Position numbers and translations under genes: made by a program. 15,435 nucleotides of DNA, taken from assembly GCA_044868695.1 (NCBI GenBank), contig JBIOWP010000155.1:1-15435 (forward strand), read 5' to 3'. This DNA comes from a bacterium. Lineage in GTDB: Bacteria; Sysuimicrobiota; Sysuimicrobiia; Sysuimicrobiales; Kaftiobacteriaceae. Numbering within the stretch: the stretch's first letter is position 1; each line of letters begins with the position of its first letter. The notes below the pieces were generated by a model, which searched no databases, was not told where the DNA came from, and saw only the letters and a program-made list of their open reading frames with translations. Positions 7,982 to 15,435 of this stretch are shown here, piece by piece.

Positions 7982-8946
7982 GCACATTGCTGGAGGTGTC
8001 CGACCTGACGACGGAGTTCGTGACCGGAGCCCGGGTCGCGCGCGCAGTCGACCATGTCTCGTTTGATCTGCGCGCGGGCGAGATCCTCGGGCTGGTGGGC
8101 GAGAGTGGGTGCGGCAAATCCACGACCGGATTCTCCATCGTCCGGCTCCTGCCCCCCAACGGCCGCATCGTCGGCGGCGCGGTCAGGCTGGACGGCGAAG
8201 ATGTGCTTGCGCGGTCCGACGACGAGATGCGGCGGGTCCGGGGCAGCCGGATCGCCATGATTTTCCAGGATCCGATGACCTCGCTCAACCCGGTGCTCAC
8301 CGTCGGCGCGCAGCTGACCGAAGTGCTGCAGGAGCACCGTGGGATGGACCGCCTGCGGGCGCGGGACGAGAGCCTGCGGCTGCTGGCGGAGGTCGGCATC
8401 GCCACCCCGCAGCGGCGGTTCAACGCCTACCCGCACGAGTTCAGCGGCGGGATGCGCCAGCGCATCGTGATCGCGATCGCGATCGCCTGCACCCCGCAGG
8501 TCCTGATTGCCGATGAGCCGACGACCTCGCTGGACGTCACCATTCAGGCGCAGATCCTGCGGCTGCTGCGGCGGCTGAACACCGAGCGGGCGCAGACCGG
8601 CATCCTCCTGATCACCCATGACTTCGGGGTTGTGGCGCAGCTCTGCCACCGCGTGGTCGTCATGTACGCGGGAGAGATCGTGGAATCCGGCGACGTGCGC
8701 GCGATCTTCACCGCGCCCAAGCATCCGTACACGCAGGCGCTGCCGGCGTCCCTGCCCTCTCGCGGCGGCGGCCGCGGCGCGCTGCCGGTGATCGAGGGCA
8801 CCGTCCCCGACCCCGCAGCGTATCCACCGGGCTGCCGGTTCCACCCCCGCTGCCCCCAGGCCTTTGACGCCTGCCCGGCGACCCACCCGCGGCGCGTGCC
8901 GGTGGCGTCGGATCATGATGCCGCGTGTCTGCTGTACGGCCGATGA
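7978..8946 (+). CDS. Peptide ABC transporter ATP-binding subunit (OppD/DppD-like), 322 aa
   Basis: GTGA overlap. [56 protein letters not shown] and four-Cys tail. Confidence 0.96.
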   Translation: MSTLLEVSDLTTEFVTGARVARAVDHVSFDLRAGEILGLVGESGCGKSTTGFSIVRLLPPNGRIVGGAVRLDGEDVLARSDDEMRRVRGSRIAMIFQDPMTSLNPVLTVGAQLTEVLQEHRGMDRLRARDESLRLLAEVGIATPQRRFNAYPHEFSGGMRQRIVIAIAIACTPQVLIADEPTTSLDVTIQAQILRLLRRLNTERAQTGILLITHDFGVVAQLCHRVVVMYAGEIVESGDVRAIFTAPKHPYTQALPASLPSRGGGRGALPVIEGTVPDPAAYPPGCRFHPRCPQAFDACPATHPRRVPVASDHDAACLLYGR

Positions 8947-9938
8947 CCGGCGCGCTGCTGGAGGTCCGCCACCTGACCAAACACTTCCCCGCCCCGCTCC
9001 CCTGGTGGGCGGGACTGCGGCGCGGCCGCGCGGTCGTGCACGCCGTGGACGATGTCTCGCTGGAGGTGCACGCCGGCGAGACGCTGGCGCTGGTCGGCGA
9101 GTCGGGGTGCGGGAAGTCCACCCTGGGACGGTGTGTGGTGCGGCTCGTCGAACCGACCGCCGGCGCGATCGTCTACCAGGGGGAGGACATCACCCGCGCG
9201 GGCGCGGGGAGGCTGCGCGAGCTCCGGCGGCACATCCAGATGATCTTTCAAGATCCCTACGCGTCACTGAACCCGCGGATGGCTGTCGGCGCGATCCTCC
9301 AGGAGCCGCTGGACATCTACGGCGAAGGAACTATCCTGCAGCGGCGGCGGAGGGTGGTGGAGTTGCTGGCGCGGGTGGGCCTGTCTGCGCATACCACGCA
9401 GGCCTACCCGCACGAGCTCAGCGGCGGCCAGCGGCAGCGCGTGGGGATCGCCGCCGCCCTCGCGCTGGAGCCGGAGCTGATCATCGCCGATGAACCCACC
9501 TCGGCCCTCGACCTGTCGGTGCAGGCGCAGATCCTCAACCTGCTGGCCCGCCTGCAGCGCGAGTATGGGCTGTCGTTCGTGTTTATCTCGCATGATCTGG
9601 GCGTGGTTAGGCACTTCAGCGACCGAGTGGCGGTGATGTACCTGGGACGCATCGTCGAGGTGGCGCGCTCGGCCGAGCTGTTCCGGTCTCCCCGCCACCC
9701 GTACACGCAAGCGCTCCTGGCCGCGATTCCTGAACCCGATCCCGCGCGGCGGGCGGACCCCGCGCCGCTACCCGGCGAAGTCCCGAGCCCGATCACCGTT
9801 CCGCCCGGGTGCCGGTTCCACACCCGCTGCCCGTTTGCGATGCCGGTGTGCCGGGAACACGAACCGCATTTCTATCCGGCCGGAGAAGCGCACACGGCCG
9901 CGTGCTTCTTGCTGGACACAGAGCACCGCACATCATGA
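8943..9938 (+). CDS. Peptide ABC transporter ATP-binding subunit (OppF/DppF-like), 331 aa
   Basis: ATGA overlap gives start 8943. [80 protein letters not shown]. Confidence 0.96.
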   Translation: MTGALLEVRHLTKHFPAPLPWWAGLRRGRAVVHAVDDVSLEVHAGETLALVGESGCGKSTLGRCVVRLVEPTAGAIVYQGEDITRAGAGRLRELRRHIQMIFQDPYASLNPRMAVGAILQEPLDIYGEGTILQRRRRVVELLARVGLSAHTTQAYPHELSGGQRQRVGIAAALALEPELIIADEPTSALDLSVQAQILNLLARLQREYGLSFVFISHDLGVVRHFSDRVAVMYLGRIVEVARSAELFRSPRHPYTQALLAAIPEPDPARRADPAPLPGEVPSPITVPPGCRFHTRCPFAMPVCREHEPHFYPAGEAHTAACFLLDTEHRTS

Positions 9939-9954
9939 CTGGGGTGAGACCGGG

Positions 9955-10146
9955 ATGGCAGAAGTCCGATCAGCAGATGTCGCTGGGGCCGCGCGGCTTG
10001 CAGGCCTCGAGCTGGAGGAGCGCGACGCCGAGAGTTACGCGAAGGGGTTGAGTGCTCTGCTGGCGGCGGCCCGGGCCCTGGCGGTCCCGCAGGAAGTCGA
10101 GCCGGCCGGGACGGTGGCCCCGCCGGAGGTGTCCCATGGCAGGTAG
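9955..10146 (+). CDS. Small GatC/AtzG-like amidase accessory protein, 63 aa
   Basis: SD-like GGGGTGAG 9941-9948. MAEVRSADVAGAARLAGLELEERDAESYAKGLSALLAAARALAVPQEVEPAG... resembles the GatC pattern (V..xARLAxLxLxxxE...helix...VEP). Fills the gap between oppF and the amidase and overlaps the amidase start by 11 bp. Confidence 0.72.
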   Translation: MAEVRSADVAGAARLAGLELEERDAESYAKGLSALLAAARALAVPQEVEPAGTVAPPEVSHGR

Positions 10147-11530
10147 CGAGCATAGTTTTGCGACCATCGCCGAGCTCGCGGCCGGGTACCGGCGCAGAGA
10201 GGTCTCACCTGTAGAGGTCACGCGCGCGGCCCTGGAGCGGATCGAACGCATGGACGACCAGCTCAACGCGTACATCTTAGTCACGGCCGACCAGGCACTG
10301 GCTCAGGCGCGGGAGGCTGAGGCGCGGTTCATGCGCAGAGAGTCTCCGCATCCGCTGTGCGGGGTTCCCTTCAGTCTGAAAGACATCTTTGATGTCGCAG
10401 GGCTGCCGATGACGTGCGCGTCCGGCGTGCTGAAGGACCGGTACGTGTCCACCACGACCGCGACGGTCGCGCGGCGGGTCCTCGAGACCGGGGCGGTGCT
10501 GCTCGGCAAGAACAACATGCTGGAGTTTGCCTACGGGGAAACGCATCCGGACTTCGGTCACACCCGCAACCCCTGGAACCTCGACCGGTCGACCGCGGGA
10601 TCCAGTACTGGATCCGCCGCCACGGTGTCGGCCGGCCAGGCCTATTTCTCGATCGGCACCGACACCGGCGGGTCGATCCGGCTGCCGGCGTCGTACTGCG
10701 GGGTGGTCGGGTTGAAACCCACGTACGGGCTGGTGAGCCGCCGCGGCGTCGCGGCGCTGAGCTGGACCGCCGACCACGTGGGACCGCTCGCGCGGACGGC
10801 CGCCGATGCCACGATCGTGCTCGGGGCGATCGCGGGCCACGATCCTGACGATCCCACATCCCCCGACCGCCCGGCCGACGACTACACGGCGGTTGTCCAG
10901 CGCCCAGTGCGCGGGCTGCGGGTCGGCGTGGTGCGCCGCGAGTTCGACGGCGTCCATCCCGAGGTGCGGCGGGCGGGGCTGGAGGCCGTGAATGTGCTGG
11001 GCGAGATGGGGATGCAGATGCGCGACGTCGAGACGCCGCCGCTGGAAGAGGCCGTCGTCGCGCTGCTCACCATCCTGTGCGCCGAAGCGGCGTCGTATCA
11101 CCGGCAGTGGCTGGCGCAGCGCCCCGAGGGATATTCGCAGGCGGTGCGCGACCGTCTGAAGATGGGCGCGCTCATCCCCGCGGTTGACTACCTGCAGGCG
11201 ATGCGGTACCGGCGGGTGTTCGGCGAGCGGCTGATCCGGCTGTTCGAGGACATAGACGTCCTGGTCCTCCCGACGTCTCCCGGCCCCGCGCACGCGTTCA
11301 CCGAGGAAACTCCCGGCCGCGACTTTACGCCGTTCGTCCGCCGGACCGGGCCCTTCAACCTGACCGGCCTTCCCGCCGTGTCGGTGCCCTGCGGGTTCAC
11401 CGGCGACGGGCTGCCGGTCGGTCTGGAGATCGCGGGCCGGCCGTTTGCGGACGGGACGGTGCTGCAGGCGGCGCACGCCTATCAGCAGGCCACGGTCTGG
11501 CACCTGCGCCGGCCGGCGCTGGCGGCGTGA
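10136..11530 (+). CDS. Amidase signature family enzyme (GatA/AtzE-like), 464 aa
   Basis: SD GGAGGT 10125-10130. Ser-cisSer-Lys triad intact: SLKD (K82), AGSSTGSAA (S156), GTDTGGSIRLPA (S180). Also GLKPTYGLVSR, DHVGPLART, FNLTGLPAVSVP, GLPVGL. Confidence 0.95.
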   Translation: MAGSEHSFATIAELAAGYRRREVSPVEVTRAALERIERMDDQLNAYILVTADQALAQAREAEARFMRRESPHPLCGVPFSLKDIFDVAGLPMTCASGVLKDRYVSTTTATVARRVLETGAVLLGKNNMLEFAYGETHPDFGHTRNPWNLDRSTAGSSTGSAATVSAGQAYFSIGTDTGGSIRLPASYCGVVGLKPTYGLVSRRGVAALSWTADHVGPLARTAADATIVLGAIAGHDPDDPTSPDRPADDYTAVVQRPVRGLRVGVVRREFDGVHPEVRRAGLEAVNVLGEMGMQMRDVETPPLEEAVVALLTILCAEAASYHRQWLAQRPEGYSQAVRDRLKMGALIPAVDYLQAMRYRRVFGERLIRLFEDIDVLVLPTSPGPAHAFTEETPGRDFTPFVRRTGPFNLTGLPAVSVPCGFTGDGLPVGLEIAGRPFADGTVLQAAHAYQQATVWHLRRPALAA

Positions 11531-11549
11531 GCCGCATGAGGAGGAACAG

Positions 11550-12734
11550 ATGAGCACCGCGGTGATGCTCCACGGCGCGCAGCTGCTCGACGGCACCGGC
11601 GCCGATCCGGTTGCCGACGGCGCGGTGGTGGTCGAGGTAGACCGCATCACGCAGCTCGGCCGGGCCGGCACCCTGCGGATGCCGCGCGGAACCGAGGTCG
11701 TCGAGTGCGGCGGCACCATTCTTCCGGGACTGGTGAACGCGCACACCCACTGCTCCATCATCCCCGGACTGGGTGACCAGACCGGTCAGATGCGGCAGGG
11801 CCCGCTGCCCAGCGGGTTCCGCGCCGTCGGTAACATGCGGCGCGAGCTGCTCAGCGGCGTCACTACGGCGCGGGTCATGGGCGAAGAGCACCACCTCGAC
11901 ATCGAGCTGCGCCGCGCCATCGACGGCGGCGCCGTCTCCGGACCCCGGCTGCTGTGCTGCGGGATCCATCTCACGAGCGCCCACGGTCACGGCCGCGCGC
12001 TGACCACCACCGACGGGGTCGAGGGCATGCGATCGCGCGTCCGCCAGAATATCGCTGCCGGCGCGGACTGGATCAAGCTGTTCGTGACCGGAGGGGTCAG
12101 CAGCGTCGGCGCCTCGCTGGAGGCCTACACCTACACGCGGGAAGAGATCCGCGCGGCATGCGATGAAGCACACCGCGCCGGCCGCAGGGTCGCCGCCCAT
12201 GCCCACGGCGGGCCGGGCGTGCGTGTGGCTCTCGAAGAAGGCGTGGACACGATTGAGCACGGGGCGCTGCTGACCGCCGACGACGTCGACCTGATGATCG
12301 AGCTCAACCGGTGGCTGGTCTGCACGTTTTCGATTCTCTATCACGCCGACGGGATCGAGCGCACCGACCGCCACAACCCGGCCATCTGGACCAAAGTGGT
12401 CTCCCTGCGCGAGCAGGAAGAGGCGCGGTTCCGCGAAATCCTTGCGTCCCGCATCCATTACACGGTAGGCACCGACAGCATGCACGGTCTGCTGTGGTAT
12501 GAGATGGCCACCCTCGTCCGCTTCGGGGTCTCGCCGATGCATGCCATCCGGGCCGGCACCGCGTGGGCGGCCGAGGCCTGCGGCGTCGGGGACCGTGCGG
12601 GGGTGCTGGCGGCGGGCCGGCCGGCCGACGTCATCGCCGTGGACGGTGATCCGCTACATGAGATCGAGGCCCTGCGCCGCGTCCGCCTGGTGATGAAGGG
12701 CGGCCGGCGGTACGACCATCTGTCGGCAGAGTAA
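11550..12734 (+). CDS. Metal-dependent amidohydrolase (Xaa-Pro dipeptidase / carboxypeptidase-like TIM-barrel subgroup), 394 aa
   Basis: SD GAGGAGG upstream. Binuclear-site motifs PGLVNAHTH, GVTTAR, GADWIKLFVTGG (Lys), VAAHAHG, TIEHG, VGTDS. C-terminal G.LAAGRPADVIAVDGDPL...VMKGG. Confidence 0.92.
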   Translation: MSTAVMLHGAQLLDGTGADPVADGAVVVEVDRITQLGRAGTLRMPRGTEVVECGGTILPGLVNAHTHCSIIPGLGDQTGQMRQGPLPSGFRAVGNMRRELLSGVTTARVMGEEHHLDIELRRAIDGGAVSGPRLLCCGIHLTSAHGHGRALTTTDGVEGMRSRVRQNIAAGADWIKLFVTGGVSSVGASLEAYTYTREEIRAACDEAHRAGRRVAAHAHGGPGVRVALEEGVDTIEHGALLTADDVDLMIELNRWLVCTFSILYHADGIERTDRHNPAIWTKVVSLREQEEARFREILASRIHYTVGTDSMHGLLWYEMATLVRFGVSPMHAIRAGTAWAAEACGVGDRAGVLAAGRPADVIAVDGDPLHEIEALRRVRLVMKGGRRYDHLSAE

Positions 12735-12748
12735 GAGGAGGGAGCAGC

Positions 12749-14527
12749 ATGAACTGGACGGCGACCTGGAAGGATCCACACGAGCAGGCGGTGACCGCGG
12801 CGGTGTCCGTGGACGCGCCGTGGGCGCTGGTGGAGCGCTTCAACGGGCTGGTGCGCGACTCGGGGGGCAAGGCGGAACGCCGTGGGATCGACTACATCAT
12901 GAAGCAGCTGGCGAAGTGGGGCGTGCCCCACACCCTGCACGAGCCCGAGCTATTGATCAGCCTGCCCCGCCGCGCTCGGCTGGAGGTGCTCGCTCCGCAG
13001 CCCCGCGCGCTGACTGCCAAGACGCCGTCGATGTCGCTGTCCATGGACGGCCACTGGCAGCGGGGAAATCTGATCTACGTGCCGACCGGGCAGGCGGGAG
13101 CGATCACCGCCATCTTCGCTAAAATCGAACTGCAGGCCGACGTCGCGGACCGCGTTGTGCTCACCGAGGGATATCCGTCCCCCGGCAAGGTGGCCGCGCT
13201 GCAGGACCGCGGCGCGCGGGCGGCGGTGTTTATCAGCCCCGGCGAGCGCATCCACGAAGGCATCTGCACCACGATCTGGGGATCGCCGGACCTGGATTCG
13301 ATCGGCCGCAAACCGAGAATCCCGGTGCTGGCCGTGAACAAGACGGAGGGCGCGTGGCTGCGCGATCTGGCCGAAGCGGGCGCCGTCAAGGTCCGCTACT
13401 CCACCAAGCTCGACGAGGGCTGGCGGCCGATCCCCGTGCTTGTGGCGGAGATCCGCGGCACGGTCGAGCCCGAGAAGTTCGTGCTGCTGCACGGCCACAT
13501 CGACTCCTGGCACCAGGGGATCGGGGACAACGCCACGGGCGACGCCACCCTGCTGGAGGTGGCCCGTGTGCTGTGGCAGCACCGCCAGCACCTGCGCCGC
13601 TCGGTGCGGATCGCCTGGTGGTCGGGCCACTCCCACGGGCGCTATGCGGGATCCACGTGGTTCGCCGATACGTTCGGGCTGGACCTGGACGAGCACTGTA
13701 TCGTGCACATCAACTGCGACTCTCCGGGCTGCCGCTGGGCCACGGTCTTCGAAGACGTCTTCTGGATGAGCGAAGCCCGCGAGATGGCCGGCGCGGTGAT
13801 CCGGGACGTGACGGGGCAGGACAGCAGCGGCGGGCGGCCGCTGCGGGCGGGGGACAAATCGTTCAGCAACATCGGCGTGTCGACGTTCTACATGCTGAGC
13901 TCGACGATGCCGAAGGCGCTGGTCAAAGAAAAGGCCTACTACCCGGTCGGCGGGTGCGGCGGCAACATCGCCTGGCACACGGAAGACGACACCCTGGAAG
14001 TCGCGGACCGGGACCACCTCCTGCGCGACATCAAAGTGTACGCCGCCGCCACCTTCCGCGCGGCCAACAGCCCCGTGTACCCGCTGAATTTTGCGTCGAC
14101 CGCCGCGGAGCTGGAGCAGACGCTGCGCGCTTACCAGGAGGCCTCCGGTGGACGGTTCGACCTGGAAAGCACGATCGCCGATGCCGTAGCCCTGCAGCAA
14201 GAACTCGCGCGGTTCTACGACCGGGTCAGCGCGCTGGCGTCCGCGCCGGTCGACGACCCGCGGGTGCGGCGGGTTAACAGCGTGCAGCGCCGGCTGGCCC
14301 GGATTCTGGTGCCGGTGAACTATTCACGCGCCGGGCGGTTCCGCCACGATCCCGCGATCGACGTGCCGCCGCTGCCCGACCTGGAGCCGGCGACGAAACT
14401 GGCCGCCATGGACCCGGGAAGCGAGACGTACCGCGTGACGCTGGTGCACCTGGCCCGCGGCCGCAACCGCGTGCGGGCGGCCCTGCGTGAGGCCAAGACC
14501 GTCGTCGAGGAGCTCGGCGGATCATGA
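12749..14527 (+). CDS. M28-family metallopeptidase-like hydrolase with PA domain (paralog 2), 592 aa
   Basis: SD AAGAGGAGG. Colinear with 1795-3555 over its full length: HGHIDSWH, GIGDNATGD, WWSGHSHGRYAGSTWF, NCDSPGCRWAT, YYPVGGCGGNIAWHTEDDT, RFRHDPA..VPPLPDL. Confidence 0.88.
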   Translation: MNWTATWKDPHEQAVTAAVSVDAPWALVERFNGLVRDSGGKAERRGIDYIMKQLAKWGVPHTLHEPELLISLPRRARLEVLAPQPRALTAKTPSMSLSMDGHWQRGNLIYVPTGQAGAITAIFAKIELQADVADRVVLTEGYPSPGKVAALQDRGARAAVFISPGERIHEGICTTIWGSPDLDSIGRKPRIPVLAVNKTEGAWLRDLAEAGAVKVRYSTKLDEGWRPIPVLVAEIRGTVEPEKFVLLHGHIDSWHQGIGDNATGDATLLEVARVLWQHRQHLRRSVRIAWWSGHSHGRYAGSTWFADTFGLDLDEHCIVHINCDSPGCRWATVFEDVFWMSEAREMAGAVIRDVTGQDSSGGRPLRAGDKSFSNIGVSTFYMLSSTMPKALVKEKAYYPVGGCGGNIAWHTEDDTLEVADRDHLLRDIKVYAAATFRAANSPVYPLNFASTAAELEQTLRAYQEASGGRFDLESTIADAVALQQELARFYDRVSALASAPVDDPRVRRVNSVQRRLARILVPVNYSRAGRFRHDPAIDVPPLPDLEPATKLAAMDPGSETYRVTLVHLARGRNRVRAALREAKTVVEELGGS

Positions 14528-15273
14528 AGGCCGTCGTCATCCGGGCGCACGGCGGCATCGAGACGCTCAAACTCGAAGAGATCCCGGCTCCGCGGCCGGG
14601 CGCCGGCGAGGTGCTGGTCCGGGTGCGCGCGGTCGCCCTGAACAACCTCGACGTCTGGGCGCGCAGCGGTCCGCCCGGCGGCCGGCCGATTTTCCCTTGG
14701 CGCGGGTTTCCGCTGCCGGCCATCACCGGCGGTGATACGGCCGGGGTCGTCGAGGACACCGGTCCCGGCGTCGCCGGAGTTGCGCCGGGCGATCGGGTGG
14801 TTGTGAATCCGATCCTATCCTGCGGGCAGTGCGCGTTCTGTCTCGCCGGCGAGCAGACGATGTGCGCCGACTACCGAATTTACGGCGAGCACGTGCACGG
14901 CGGCATGGCGGAGTTGACGGTCGTGCCGGCCCGCAACCTCCTCAAGATCCCGGACGGGATCTCATTTGAGCACGCCGCCGCGGCGCCGGTGTGCTTCACC
15001 ACGGCCTGGCGCATGCTGGTCACCGCCGGACGGCTCCAGGCCGGTGAGGACCTGCTGGTGGTAGGCGCGTCGGGCGGAGTGGGGACGGCGGCGATGGCGA
15101 TCGGCCGGCTGGCCGGCGCGCGGGTCTTCGGCCTCGTCTCCGGCCCGGCGAAGGCCGGGAAGGTCGAGCTCTGCGGGGCGACGCCCATCGATCGCGAGGC
15201 GTCCCCTGCGTTCAGTGAGCGGGTCCGGGAGTTCACCGGCGCCGGCGTGCATGTCGTGGCCGACCCGGTGGGG
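14524..15273 (+). CDS. MDR superfamily zinc-binding dehydrogenase/quinone-reductase-like protein, native sequence interrupted after about 250 codons (open frame runs on to 15387 in unrelated sequence)
   Basis: ATGA overlap. MKAVVIRAHGG, PGAGEVLVRVRAVALN, GDRVVVNP, structural-Zn CGQCAFCLAGEQTMC, nucleotide-binding GASGGVG. Family-like sequence ends at GVHVVADPVG and the expected C-terminal part is absent. Confidence 0.85.
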
Positions 15274-15428
15274 TCGAGGGTCGGTTCCAAACCCTTGACC
15301 GGCGACGCCGTCACGGTGACGACGACGTCGGGCGGCACATGGGCGAGGACCTTGTCCTCGGTCGCCTTCGCGGGCAGCACCTCGTAGCGGACGCTGTCCA
15401 GCAGCGAGCTCAGACCGGTGGCGGCCAA
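15273..15428 (-). CDS. N-terminal 52-codon fragment of an actinobacterial-type 5,10-methylenetetrahydrofolate reductase (MetF-like)
   Basis: TTG start with an in-frame TAG two codons upstream. MAATGLSSLLDSVRYEVLPAKATEDKVLAHVPPDVVVTVTASPVKGLEPTLD matches, from memory, Streptomyces-type MTHFR N-termini (YEVLP strand, VTVTASP). GC-ending codons on the minus strand. Similarity stops at the junction. Confidence 0.7.
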
Positions 15429-15435
15429 CGTCTAC

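Noticed and set aside
8469..8484. 16-bp palindrome / GCGATC tandem repeat (HIP1-like)
   Set aside because: Explained by the Ile-Ala-Ile-Ala-Ile codons of the ATPase. GCGATCGC is not obviously enriched in the window.
10136..11530. Calling the amidase gatA (Glu-tRNA amidotransferase) or atzE
   Set aside because: No gatB follows, the context is catabolic, and no cyanuric acid or biuret pathway genes are recognisable in the window. Only family-level assignment is supportable.
14880..15428. 182-aa minus-strand ORF as a complete gene
   Set aside because: Only the first 52 codons look protein-like. The rest is the antisense of the MDR gene.
1..15435. CRISPR arrays, tRNA/rRNA, riboswitches, IS/integrase genes, defence or retroelement systems
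   Set aside because: The window is almost fully coding, the longest gap is 105 bp, and I saw no spaced repeats or such motifs. The similarity among the four ATPases and the two M28 genes is ordinary paralogy.

Overview
High-GC (about 70% by eye) bacterial DNA with an uninterrupted run of + strand genes in two adjacent peptide/amide-uptake and catabolism modules. Module 1 (5'-truncated) holds the OppD/DppD-type ATPase tail, an OppF/DppF-type ATPase, an Lrp/AsnC regulator and a PA-domain M28-family hydrolase. A 105-bp AT-richer gap carries a sigma70-type promoter and a 17-bp palindrome. Module 2 holds an IclR regulator, a complete Opp/Dpp-type ABC importer with a Tat-exported binding protein, a 63-aa GatC/AtzG-like gene overlapping an amidase-signature enzyme, a metal-dependent amidohydrolase, a second M28 paralog and an MDR-family oxidoreductase. 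Three points stand out. (i) Both M28 paralogs carry His-Ser where the family normally has the catalytic/metal-binding Glu-Glu, plus shared Cys residues. (ii) A small GatC-like partner sits beside an amidase with no gatB in the window. (iii) The last ~160 bp switch abruptly into the N-terminus of an actinobacterial-type methylenetetrahydrofolate reductase on the opposite strand, most likely a chimeric junction. I saw no RNA genes, CRISPR arrays, mobile elements or defence systems. All family calls come from motif recognition, not from database searches.
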